Shown here: piece by piece, positions 27,180 to 40,313 of the stretch
Layout: each line of letters opens with the position of its first letter
Numbering within the stretch: the stretch's first letter is position 1
DNA from: Octopus vulgaris
Lineage: Eukaryota
Assembly: GCA_951406725.2 (NCBI GenBank)
Contig: OX597817.1
Span: forward strand, 156,922,001 to 156,986,000
DNA length: 64,000 bases
Direction: 5' to 3'
Notes under the pieces: generated by a model
Database searches by the model: none
What the model was told of the DNA's origin: nothing
The model's input: only the letters and a program-made list of their open reading frames with translations
Program-made: the position numbers and the translations under genes

Positions 27180-27530
27180 TTGAATTAGTCATTTTCATCA
27201 TTTAACATCTGTTTTCCATGTTGGCATGGGTTGGATGGTTTGACCAGAGCTGGCAAGCTAGAGAGCTGCAACAGGCTCCAGTCTGATTTTGCATGGTTTC
27301 TATGGCTGGATGCCCCTCCTAATGCCAACCAGTGCCTGTGTTTATTATTATTGGCATTAAGACCCTCCCTAGATACAAGATTTGTTTTAACACCGAAGTT
27401 CACATGAAGAATCTTGCAAACCAAATACAAGAATGAAGCATACATATAATGTTTATTTTATTTATTTATTTATTTATTTATTATTATTTTTTTTTTTTAT
27501 TATTATTATTTTTTTTTTTTTGCCTTTTAG

Positions 27531-27640
27531 GTGGAGTACATGTTAATCCGGTTTGATCATGAAAAGGAGGTGGTCCAATTACTGTTAAAGTCTACAGAGT
27601 TACTTTCATCTCTTCAGAAACAAAATCTTGAATCAAAAGC
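27531..27640 (+). CDS. GCLC: Glutamate-cysteine ligase catalytic subunit, first visible coding exon (probably coding exon 2)
   Basis: ttttag|GTG...GC|gtaagt; translates VEYMLIRFDHEKEVVQLLLKSTELLSSLQKQNLESK(A), matching the GCLC VEYMLV.FDHE segment; long T-rich tract upstream; 110 nt, ends in phase 2. Confidence 0.93.
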
Positions 27641-29042
27641 GTAAGTCTGGACCTTTGAAATATTTACCATTCTTTTTCCCGTGCTGTCGCAAGCAGACAA
27701 GGTTGAGGTGAGAGTTATATCTGTGTAGTTTGTGGTTGCACCAATTCTTCAATTGTTGTTTAGACCCACATCAGTCCTGGCCCAGCTGACAACAACCAGA
27801 CACATTCCAATTATGACTATCTTATCTTATTTTTAGGCACAATGCATTTAGGAAAGCATTTTGAGAGACTTTATTGCTATTTCTTATTTCTTTATCGCTC
27901 ATACGAGGCTAAACATAAAGGGGACAAACAAGGGGATTAAGTCGATGCGTAACTGGTAGTAAATTTATCGACCCCGAAAGGATGAAAGGCAAAGTTGACC
28001 TGGGCGGAATTTGAACTCAGTACGTAATGACAGACGAAATACCTATTTCTCTACTATCCACAAGGGGCTAAACACAGAGAGGACAAATAAGGACAGACAA
28101 ATGGATTAAGTCGATTATATCGACCCCAGTGCATAACTGGTACTTAATTTATCGACCCCGAAAGGATGAAAGGCAAAGTCGACCTTGGCGGAATTTGAAC
28201 TCAGAACGTAGCGGCAGACGAAATACCGCTAAGCATTTCGCCTTGCGTGCTAATGTTTCTGCCAGCTCGCTGCCTTTATTGCTATTTCTAGCAGCTTGAG
28301 TGACTATGTAAAGGCTGCTTCAATAGCTTCATTATCCTAACTGATGTATGTATCAATGCAATTGTGTATTTTATTGTGGGTATTTTTATAAACAAAGCCA
28401 GAAACTATAAACGTAATATTTGATGGTTGAATACATTAAACAAGCAAGATTGTTATTTATTAGTTTACTAAACAAAAACATAGTCTTTCATGGTTCAGTA
28501 TAGTATTTAACTTTATTTTCTTCAACTGGTATTCACAAAACAAAAATAATAAAACCATTATGTTTTAAGCTATTCATAGAGTTCGTATACATCATCATCA
28601 TCATCGTTTAACGTCCGTTCTCCATGCTAGCATGGGTTGGACGGTTCGACCAGGGATCTGGGAAGCCAGAAGGCTGCACCAGGCTCCGGTCTTATCTGGC
28701 AATGTTTCTACAGCTGGATGCCCTTCCTAACGCCAACCACTCCGTGAGTGTAGTGGGTGCTTTTTACGTGCCACATTGTCCTTTTTACGTGCCACATTGT
28801 CCTTTATTTGAATGAGGTAGTTGTGCTGATAATCTAGACATGATTAGACTAACAACAGTTGTTGTTTAGCTTGGTGTCGGCTCTGGCTGATTACATTACT
28901 GAGGCATTGTTTTTACAGTGGGATCCTCTTGTTGTTAACCCTTGCCTGTTTGTCAAGTGAGGTAATTTTATTCCATTCCACTTTTCTTCCCAAAGTGCAT
29001 AGCTGTCAGGCAATTTGTTGATAGGGAAACGCAAACAATCTC

Positions 29043-29205
29043 ACTTCTTCTTGTCTTGTGACGGCGTTCACCCAGTGCAGGTTGAGCCGGCTTCTTCTCT
29101 GGTCCTAATGGTATCACAAACCATGATGGCCCACGCTCGATGGTCCCGTGTGAGGTCACTGGAGATAGCGAGCCATTCGCAGTTCCATCTGCGCAGACTG
29201 ACTGT
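29043..29205 (-). mobile_element. Short LINE 3' end (RTE-like C-terminus)
   Basis: Minus strand reads WNCEWLAISSDLTRDHRAWAIMVCDTIRTREEAGSTCTG*, followed by a short purine repeat tail. Confidence 0.45.
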
Positions 29206-30385
29206 CTGCAACAAGCAAATTTTAGGAGAAATGTAGAATGCAACCACTTACATAGACATGCACACACTCCCATGAGCATAAACACATAACAGGATTCGTA
29301 CAGTTTCATGTATCAAATTCACTCAAATTGGCATTGGTTGGCCCAGAGCCATAGTAGAAAACACTTGTCCAAGGTGCTATGCAATGGCCTGAACCTGAAA
29401 CCATATAGTTGTGAACTGAAGTGCTTAACCACACAGCTATACCTGTGCCTTTAACTATACAGTAACCATATAATTTCCGATCACTCTGTCAGTCCTCAGA
29501 TGTAGTTCCACTCTGTTTGCCACTCCTATACATAGGAGTAACTGTGTGGTAAGTAGCTTGTTCAGTCCCACTGTGTGGCACCTTGGGCAAATGTCTTCTA
29601 CTATAGCCTTGGGTCGACCAAAGCTTTGTGGGTGGATTTGGTAGATGGAAACTGAAAGAAGCCTGTCGTATATATGTATGTGTGCGTATATGTGTGTTTG
29701 TGTTTGTCCCCCCAACATTGCTTGACAACTGATGCTGGTGTGTTTACATCACCGTAACTTAGCAGTTCGACAAAAGAGACCAATAGAATAAGTACTAGGC
29801 TTACAAAGAATAAGTCCTGGGGTCGATTTGCTCGACTAAACGCGGTGCTCCAGCATGGCCACAGTCAAATAACTGAAACAAGTAAAAGAGTATACATACA
29901 TACATACAGGTTATGTAAAAAGCACCCGTGCAGGTGCCATGTGAATAGCACCCCTGCTAGTGCCATGTAAAAAGCACCAGTGTTGGTGCCTTGTATTAAG
30001 CCCCCAGCATACTTTTGTAAAGTGGTTGGCATTAGGAAGGGCATTCAGTCATAGAAACCATATCAAAACAGACAATTGGAACCTGGTGGAGTTCTCCAGC
30101 TTGCCAACTCCTTTCAAACCATCCAACCCATGCTCGCAGGGAAAACAGACGTTAAATAACAATGATGATGATGATAATGATGGTGACCTAGCTCTGTTCA
30201 TTCTGCACTTTGCTCAATGTCATCTAAGTCTCAGTCTGTGTCATATCCACTCTAGCATAATTATCTATTATAATTCTCTCAGCAAGCAAGAGAAAGAAGG
30301 AGAGAAGGAGGGAGAGAGAAAGAGGAAGGGAGGCTATTTCCATATTCTGTAAAATCCATCTACTGAGCCATCCGTTTATATACTA

Positions 30386-30781
30386 CTAGCAGTATCGCCT
30401 GGCGTTGCTCGGGTTTGTAAGGGAAATAACTATATAAGCATTTTTAGAGAGTTATAGTCAAAAATAGCAAAAAAATGCATTAAAAATGGAAAAAAAATAA
30501 TGGTAATTTTTTTTTAAATCGTTGACTCATCGTAGACATTTTTAGAGAGTTACTTCCCTTATATAATAGCAAAAAAATGCATTAAAATGGAAAAAAATGA
30601 TGGTAAATTTTTTTTAAAATTGTAGACTCATCGTAGATGCGCGCTAATACCCAAAAGGGCTCGATATGAATCACGACTATAAGGTACCCAGTTTTGGTTA
30701 AACTGCACCGCAAAATGTGGGAGTAGTTAGGAATCTAAATCGTAGGAGACAGAGACACAACTTGACTTTTATATATAAAGA
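30386..30781 (-). mobile_element. Non-autonomous Helitron-like element, family H1
   Basis: TC start and CTAG end on the minus strand, A|T target; homologous to 2026-2661 but shorter internally. Confidence 0.8.
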
Positions 30782-31036
30782 TTTTGCCATGGCAATCGCC
30801 CAAATTCATTTTGTTGGCCTAATTAACATTTCTTTCTTTCTTTCTTTCTTTAAAGTTATGACATTGTTCTAAATTTAAAAGTTCTCTCGTCCAACATGGA
30901 ACGACTGACACGGCTGTTCAGCGTTAACGACCTCCTCCGCTGCTGTCAGCAACTCAGTGCACTGCAAAGTTGTGATTGCGCAGTCAATGTTGTAATTGGC
31001 TACTAGTACATGTCACTTTTAGAATTGGTGGAGATG

Positions 31037-31470
31037 ATAGTAGCAGCAGCAGCAGCAGCAGTAATAGTAGTAGTAGTAGTAGCAGCAGCAGCTGCAGTAG
31101 TAGTAGTAGCAGCAGCAGCAGTAGTAGTAGTAGTAGTTGCAGCAGTAGTAGTAGTAGTAGTAGTAGTTGCAGCAGTAGTAGTAGTAGTAGTAGCAGTAAT
31201 AGTAGTTGTAGTAGTAGTAGCAGCAGCAGCAGCAATGCTGGTGGTAGTGCTAATGGTTGTGGTAGTAGTGTTAATGGTTGTGGTGCTGGTGGTGGTAGTA
31301 GTAAAAGTGCTTAAGAGTGGTAACGGTAATAGTGGTAGTGACGGTGGCAGTGGTACTTATTCCGATGATAATGATGGTTGTGATGTTGTGATTGTTATGA
31401 CAGTAATGGGATAGCAATAATGGAGGTAACAGTAGCTGTAGTGGTGGTGGTGGTGGTGGTGGTGGTAGGA
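31037..31470. repeat. (AGT)/(AGC)/(GGT) trinucleotide low-complexity tract
   Basis: Direct inspection. Confidence 0.93.
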
Positions 31471-31906
31471 GGAAGAGGACAGCAATGAAGAGAAGTATGT
31501 CTCCTTTATACAGGCTGTAACTGTAAATAGTCGTTTTAGTTTATTTAGACTTTATTTGGTTGTTTGGGAGGTGCTTGTGGGGGTGGCTATCTAAATAAAG
31601 AGCCACTTACAGAATAACACCACACACTCATGCATCACCATATATATATGTGTGTGTATGTATATATATATATATATAATAATAAAATATTAGGGAATAA
31701 ATCCAAACTTACAGGGAAAAATCAGATTTAGGATTGAATCCAATTTTATAGTAAAATATATTATATTATATTAAATTAGAGATAAAACCACTATTAAGCA
31801 AATCATACAATGAAAAACTTAAGCCAATATATAAGATTAATTAATTTATATCATTTAAATATATATCAAAATTATTAAAAAAGATAATTAATATAACACT
31901 AATTTA

Positions 31907-31963
<57 letters not shown>

Positions 31964-32189
31964 CAAGTAAGTTAGGGGTTGTGGATGGTGTTAAATAATT
32001 AATCATATGAGGAATATCTATTGCTAATACTTGTATATGTATGAATTATCTATGCAATATTTGGGGTATTGCTAGTATAAGTGAGTACATTTAAAGTATA
32101 TTATAATAATCCCTCAAAATGAATACTGTTGGAAAAATATATATATATATATATATATCATCCATATCTCATATATATATATATATATA

Positions 32190-33618
32190 TCATCCATTCT
32201 CACCACATGACCATACCAGCGCAATCGTCTTTCTTGCACACCACAACTGATGCTTCTTAGGTCCAACATTTCTCTCAAGGTACTAACGCTCTGTTGAGTA
32301 TGTACACTGACATTACACATCCATCGGAGCATACTGGCCTCATTCTTCGCAAGCTTACGCATGTCCTCAGCAGTCACGGCCCATGTTTCACTGCTATGTA
32401 GCATGGCTGTTCGTACACATGCATCATACAGTCTGCCTTTTACTCTGAGCAAGAGGCCTTTAGTCACCAGCAGAGGTAAGAGCTCCCTAAACTTTGCCCA
32501 GGCTATTCTTATTCTAGCAGTTACACTTTCAACGCACCCACCCCCACTACTGACTTGGTCACCAAGATAACGGAAGCTATCAACTACTTCTAGTTTTTTC
32601 CCCTGGAAAGTGACGGAAGTTGTTTTCTGCAGATTTTCGGAGGTTAATGCTCCCGAGCATCTGCCACATACAAAAACTATCTTCCCAGTTAGCCTACCTT
32701 TGACATTGCTGCCCCTCTTATGTGTCCATAGCTTACACTGGGTACATCTTATAGAGTTTCTACCTACACCTTTTCTACAGATCGAGCAGGGCCATCTTCC
32801 TGAAGACATTTGTGGATTGTCTACCTTCCTACTTATTAGTACTTTGGTTTTAGCTAGGTTGACTCTAAGGCCCCTCGATTCTAAACCCTCCTTCCACACC
32901 TGGAACTTCTCCTCCAGTTCTGATAGTGACTCAGCAATTAGAGCAAGGTTGTCAGCATAGAGGAGCTCCCAGAGGCAACCTGTCTTGAATTCCTCCGTAA
33001 TTGCCTGGAGGACTATGATAAATAGGAGGGGGCTGAGTACTGAACCCTGGTGGACCCCAAACTCTACTTTGAATTCTTCTGTGTACATGTTGCCAACCCT
33101 AACCTTACAGCATCTCTGTACATGGCTTGCACAGCCCTCACCAGCCATTCATCTATCCCTAGTTTCCTCATTGACCACCAGATAAGGGATCGGAGGACCC
33201 TGTCAAAGGCTTTCTCCATGTCAACGAAAGCCAGGTACAAGGTCTTATCTTTGGCTAGGTATTTCTCCTGCAGCTGCCTTACTAGGAATATAGCATCAGT
33301 GGTACTTTTCCCTGGCACGAACCCAAACTGCATCTCATTTAAACTAACTCTCTCTCTAATTAGTTGGGCTATGACCCTCTCCATAACCTTCATTACCTGA
33401 TCCAACAGCTTGATACCTCTGTAATTATTTGTATCTAGGGCATCACCTTTACCTTTGTAGCAGTTGACTAGTATGCTGCTACACAAGTCATTGGATATGA
33501 CTCCTTCGTGTATCACCTGGTTGACTATACGGGTGACTAGGTTATAGCCGACACTGCCAGATATTTTGTGCATCTCTGCAGTAATTCCTGATGGGCCTGG
33601 GGCTTTCCCTGTCTTCAT
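32190..33618 (-). mobile_element. RTE-clade LINE reverse transcriptase fragment, one frameshift near 33100
   Basis: [55 protein letters not shown] (YADD degenerate), FRYLG and RLRWYGHV motifs. Confidence 0.95.
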
Positions 33619-33651
33619 ATATATGTATATATATATGTGTATATGTATATA

Positions 33652-33683
<32 letters not shown>

Positions 33684-33722
33684 GATAGATAGATAGATAG
33701 ATATGTGTATATGTATATATAG

Positions 33723-33769
<47 letters not shown>

Positions 33770-33801
33770 TAGATAGATAGATAGATAGATATGTGTATAT
33801 G

Positions 33802-33833
<32 letters not shown>

Positions 33834-34781
33834 TACATATATATATATATATATATATGTATAGAAATTAAAAATATATTACAAAATGGGACAAGAATGC
33901 AAAAACACACAGAGAGACGACACAAAAAAACAGACGGGTCATTCGAAGCCTCTAATCTTCAGTTGGGAACCAGATCATCTTAGCAATTTCGCTGATTAAT
34001 CCTGATATCGCTCCGATACGGCCAGCCCCAAAGAAAAACTAAGCTACGAGCATTAGATTTCTTGGAAAAAGGATCGAATGCATACGAAACAAGGACAGGA
34101 TGCCACATGAATATAAATACAAGAAACAAAAAAGAGAAATAAAAAACAAGAACAGTAATAACAGGACAAAACAGCGGGTGTCTTACGACTTCAGACAGTT
34201 TTTAACTTATCTTGGCTGGCGTATTTTGAAAAAATGCCTTTGCGGCAAACAAAGACAACAGTGTTAACATGGCAGCGGTCAAGCCGAAAAGACCAGTTTG
34301 AGCGGCAGTCACGTGAGAGGACAGAAGAGAGAGAAAGAAAAGCAGGGGGCAAGGAATCAAAGAGAGAGAGAAAGAAAGGGACAAAGGCACCAAGGGGGAG
34401 AGAGAGAGAAGGAAGGAATTAAAGAGGGGAGAAGAAACAGCTTAGCAATATAAATAATGGTGCAAAGTAAGAGAGTGGGGGAAGAATCAGAGGCAAGGAA
34501 AAAGAGAAAGACACAGACTATAGAGAAAGTGTGTGTAACGAAGTCTCGTACAAGGTGGAATGTGCATACATAGGAGATAGGGGTACGCTACGCCGCAATA
34601 TAGATAGATAGATAGATAGATAGATATGTATAGATAGATAGATATGTATATATATATATGTATAAATCCTAAATCCTTAATGTTTTAGCCCGAAGGCCAC
34701 GGCCATGCTGGGGCATGTATATATATATATGTATGTATATATATATGTATGTATATATGTATGTATGTATATATATATAAG

Positions 34782-34851
<70 letters not shown>

Positions 34852-35409
34852 TTGATTGCCTGGGCCTGATGTATATATATAGGCGCAGGAGTGGCTCTGT
34901 GGTAAGTAGCTTGCTAACCAACCACATGGAACCGGGTTCAGTCCCATTGCGTGGCACCTTGGGCAAGTGTCTTCTGCTATAGCCCCGGGCCGACCAATGC
35001 CTTGTGAGTGGATTTGGTAGACGGAAACTGAAAGAAGCCTGTCGTATATATGTATGTATATATATGTATGTGTTTGTGTGTCTGTGTTTGTTCCCCTAGC
35101 ATTGCTTGACAACCAATGCTGGTGTGTTTACGTCCCCGTCACTTAGCGGTTCGGCAAAAAGAGACCGATAGAATAAGTACTGGGCTTACAAAAAGAATAA
35201 GTCCCGGCGTCGAGTTTCTCGACTAAAGGCGGTGCTCCAGCATGGCCGCAGTCAAATGACTGAAACAAGTAAAAGAGTAAAAGAGTAAATATATATATAT
35301 GAATTGATTGACTGGGCCTGATGCGGCCTTCCGGCTTCACAGACCCCAGTTGAACCGTCCAACCCATGCTAGCATGGAAAACGGACGCTAAATGATGATG
35401 ATGATGATA

Positions 35410-35447
<38 letters not shown>

Positions 35448-35843
35448 GTTGTACGCCTTTTTTTGATTCTATTATGTTTTCAGGCAGCTATGTCAGTTAT
35501 CATATGTCCAGTCTTGAAATGGTATTTTTGTTAGTTTGAGAACCACCACTTTAACTAACAGTGAATCCTTCCTCAGTTTCAATAAACTATAATAGCTTGT
35601 TTAAGAACAGAATGCCATTTTGTCACAGATGATATTCCCTAATTGATCTGCTATTTATTATCTTCAGCCCATTGAACTGAGGCAATGTAGAATTAACCCT
35701 TTCGTACTCATATTACTATGTCAAATGTAATGATTTTCTTGAACCAAATTGTTTTAAATTAATCATATTCCATAGCTTAGTGATTTCAATGATGTAACTG
35801 TTTATTTTTATTAATACATATACTACATGTTTTATTCCAACAG

Positions 35844-35963
35844 AAATGCACAGATCTTGTGGCACCCCGAATATGCACAATACATGGTGGAAGGAACACC
35901 AGGAAGTCCCTTTGGATGTCTTATGGCTCACTTAAATTTAGTTGAGGCAAACATGAAGCTAAG
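35844..35963 (+). CDS. GCLC: GCLC internal exon
   Basis: caacag|A...AG|gtaaaa; [39 protein letters not shown](R), the LW.PEY..YM.EGTPG motif; phase fits the previous exon. Confidence 0.96.
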
Positions 35964-38195
35964 GTAAAACACTTTCTCTTAGAGTTTGGGGCTCTCAGTT
36001 TGTTTTGCTGCTTCTATTGCTGCTGTGGCTGTTGTTGTTGTTGTTGCTAAGCAGCAAGACGGTTAAGGGTGATTGGGTGATGGTCCAGGGCTTAGGGGTG
36101 GGAGACCCCAGAACTTGGGAAAAAAAACAAACTTTGGTCGTCTTGTTGTAGTCGAGGGCTCTTCGTTGACGCCCGACACCACTGGGAGGTGGCCCTCGAA
36201 GTCGCTGGAAACAGTGATCTCCAGGTCCAAATTCTTGGACGGCTGCTGCTGTGGTTGCTAAGATAGCAAGGTGGCCAAATCATTCACATGTTGAACAAAA
36301 TGCTTAGTGGCATTTTTTCCAGCACTTTACATTATGAGTTTAAGTTCTACTGAGGTTGACTTTGCCATTCACCCTGTAGGGACTGATAAAATAAATACCA
36401 GTTGAGCACTGGAGTTTGATATGTAATTGCTTAATCCAGAATCTTTGTCCAGTACCAGATCAATCCCAAAATGTAATCAGTTCATGCCAGTCACGTGGCC
36501 AAACATCCCTGAAAGTTTCATCTGGGTCCATCCTGTGGTTCTTGAGATATCTTGTCCACGGACAAACAAACAAACAAACATGACTGAAAACAATACCTCT
36601 GTCTTTGCTAAGGTGGAGGTAAAAATTGCTAGCAGAAACGTTAGAATGTCAGATAAAGTGCCTTGCAGTTTTGGATTTTTATATTCTGAGCTCAAATTCT
36701 GCTGTGGCCAACTTTGCTTTCATCCTTCCAGAATCAATAAAAACGAGTAGTACTCGTATATTTGGGTCAGTTGACTTATTTCTTTCTCACAAATTTCTGG
36801 CTTTTGTCCTGATGATACCATCATCATCATCATCATCATCATTGTTTAACGTCCGTTCTCCATGCTAGCATGGGTTGGACGGTTCGACCGGGGATCTGGG
36901 AAGCCAGAAGGCTGCACCAGGCTCCGGTCTTATCTGGCAATATTTCTACAGCTGGATGCCCTTCCTAATGCCAACCACTCCGTGAGTGTAGTGAGTGCTT
37001 CAACCATGGTTGAATGAAAAACATTCAGCTTTTGCAGAACTTTAATTTAGGAATGTGTAACATTACTCCACTATTCATGAGCCAATGAATGACTTTCTAC
37101 TCACTCATGTGACCAGCTATAAATAGCTTCTGAATTTTGGTCATGACTGGAATGCCTTTGATTATAAGATCTACTTGATCAGGACAGGCCTGGAGCTGAA
37201 AACCTGAAAGTCTTAAAGGGGAAGTAATCACTGATATCATTCAAGTTTTGTGCTGTACAGTTTTTCCCATTATCATCTTATCATTGTTGATTCAAGTCAT
37301 CAAATATCTCAACTACGAAAGTATAGCCTATTTCTTATATTTGCTTATGTGCATACTCTCTCTCATCCCTCCCGCTCTCTCTAAATCCAGTTACTATTTA
37401 AACCACATAAATCAACTTCCTCTCAGCTGTATCTGAGTAATGTACCTATTCTCAACATTACAGTATTGATAAAACAGTATGTATTCTTAATCTAAATAGA
37501 TTGGTTTTGTCTAAGTCTTTTAATCCTTACGTGCCTGATACTAAATTATATAATCTCAGTTAAAATCTCCCTATAAAATTAATTATACCCTGACTTTTCA
37601 GTTAGTCAGCACCAACGCTGCACTTATATAACATTAGAGATATTTTACTAGCCTTTTCAAATTATGATTATATTAAAAATCAATTGCAACATATGGGCAG
37701 TCTGTTCATTGGAAATCAGTTACATAAGAGTGATACTTGGTGAGGAAAAAGCCATAATTTTGTCCGTATTGTAAACATGAATAGATTCCATTCATTTCTG
37801 AGCTCTTTGAAGTATTTCCTGTCCGATTACTGTATTGCAGTGTATGATATAAGATGGAGAGAAAGAGACACACACACACTCTCTCTCTCTTCATCCATCT
37901 TTTTAATATTCTATCAATTTGGGTGTACTTCAATATTCACCATTGTCTCCCCACATTGTTTATTTTGTAATGTTATTGACCTACATGTGGTTGTGGTTAC
38001 TAACGATACACACATCTACAGCGGTAATACTAGTCTTCATATTATAAACTATCACACACGTTTGTCATCCACATGCTACTTAAACACTTCTTACAATATT
38101 TGCACTACTTCTATGATTAAAGACTTTAAAGATATCTTCATATGGAGACATGTCAACTAGTCTCTTTCAACAATTACCACTACGCTATATGCCCA

Positions 38196-38436
38196 TGGGC
38201 ATATAGCGTAGTGGTTAAGAGCGCAGGCTACTAACCCCAAGATTCTGAGTTTGATTCCAAGCAGTGACCTGAACAATAATAATAATAATGATAATAATAA
38301 TAATATCGAAAAATATCTTAGGAATGAGAACCCAGGTTCGAAATTTCCCCAAGACACCTGATGAAGGCCTGAGGGTATATCAGCTGAAACGTGTTTACAA
38401 CAAACAAGATGAGAACAAATATCGTAAATAATGTAC
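38196..38436 (+). mobile_element. tRNA-headed short element with (AAT)n linker and hammerhead-like 3' module
   Basis: A box TAGCGTAGTGG, B-box-like GAGTTTGATTCC, (AAT)n, then GACAC-CTGATGA-A...CTG(loop)CAG..-GAAAC-GTGTT; preceded by an inverted copy of its own first bases. Confidence 0.6.
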
Positions 38437-38484
38437 AACAGGCTTGTCCCACAAAGAATGTTTCTGGTTGCTTTTGGGTAATCA

Positions 38485-38519
<35 letters not shown>

Positions 38520-40313
38520 CTATCATCATCATCATAATTTAATGTCCCCTTTTCCATGTGGATGTAAAATGCTGATAATATACAGATGAGTGTTGGGCCT
38601 CATGGAAGCAATGACAAATGACTGGGACCTTCGGCATTATATTGTGCTTGATAAGAAGACCCATCAAGCCAAGTAAAATCACAGTTGTGGCAGACACTGG
38701 TGTCTCGCAAATGGCACCTGTGCCAGTGGCATGTAAAAGCACCCAGCACACTCTGCAGAGTGGTTGGTGTTAAGAAGGTCATCCAGCCATAGAAACCATG
38801 CCAAGTCAGACTGGAGTCTGGTGCAGCCTCCCAGCTTGTCAGTCCTGGTCAAACCACCCAACCCATGCTTGCATGGACAATGGACATTGAATGATGAAAA
38901 GAAAAAAATGACAGGTCTTCTTTCAGTTACCATCTGACAAATCCGCTCACAAGACTATGGTTGGTCCAAGCCTATAGTAGAAGACATTTGTCCAAGCTGC
39001 TACACAGTGGTACTGAACCTATGACCACATGGTTAGGAAGCAAACTTCTTAACCATACAGCCATGCCTACTTCCATGTAGTAGTGTTAAATCAAGTAATG
39101 GATTAACTCTGCCATTCAAGTAGATTGTGGTGGGATTTGAACTCAGAATGCAAAGAGTTAGTACAAACACTGGAAGACGTCCCATTCAGCACTCTAACAT
39201 TTCCTCTTGCTCCACAACCCTAAGCTGATACTTAATTTGTCACACCCAGAAAGTTGAAAAGCAAGCTTGACCATGAAAGATTTGCAAAATACGTTCCATT
39301 CAATTTGAAGACATTCCATTTAATCCTCTAGTAACTCTGCTAATTGGCCACCTATCTGTCTGCCTGTTTGTCTGTTTTTATACCTGATTTTCCATGCCAG
39401 CATGGGTTGGTCAAAATTTGTTGAGGCAGATTTTCTAAGCCAGGTGCTCTTGTTGTTGCCAAACTTAAAATTTTTTCTACTATGGTAAACTAATAAAGCC
39501 ATTGAAACTGCAGGACAGTTCTTATTAGAGAAGTTACACTATGTTGACATTTTCACTCAGGATAAGGAAAACACATTCACCACACACACACAAACTCATG
39601 CACATGCCTCGATTTCCATTAACCAATTCCTCTCACAAGGCCTGAGGCTATAGTAGACGATTGCCCAAGGAACCACACAATAAGAATGAACTTTAAACTA
39701 TGTATTTACAAAGCAAACTTCATTGTAACTTCATAGCAATATCTGCACTAGATGTTTTAAATATACATCCCCAACATTACTCTGGAAGACTGGGCTTCCT
39801 CTTTACCACAAGACAATATTTCAGCTTTGATCAGGTATTGATTCTATACAAAACTCAAAGTCAACCCACACTGCTCAGTTATCTTGGATGTTATTAATAC
39901 TATAGAGCGTGATTAAATACTAAACTGAATCAGAAGAAGCCGCTCAATTGTTAATCAAATACACTACAAATCTCCTAATCTTTACTACAGATCTTATTGT
40001 GTTCTATTTAACTGAAAAATCGGTTATCAACATCAATTTATGGTTATCAGTTGTGCATGTAAATACGAAATACCTGCAGTACCATGCAAATTATAAATAT
40101 GCTTTTAAACAGATAGATTAAAAACAAACAAAAAAAAAAATCCTCTGAAGTACAATCATCCTCTGAGATATGAGAAGAGATAATCTTTGTTGTTTGTTAT
40201 TAGTTCTAATTGAGAACATCAACATACAACCAAATTATTGTTCATTAAAGAATGTCAATAAACTAAAAAACCTGTCGAATGTTGGAGCTGATGTAATCAG
40301 CTTACTTTCTTAA

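Noticed and set aside
1-27530. GCLC first coding exon (expected MGLL..G.PL.W...WGDE)
   Set aside because: Searched by eye and not found; it probably lies upstream of the window, though I could have missed a diverged exon.
36056-36245. GC-rich insert just after a GCLC exon
   Set aside because: Single copy in the window with no recognisable ORF or termini; cannot be classified from sequence alone.
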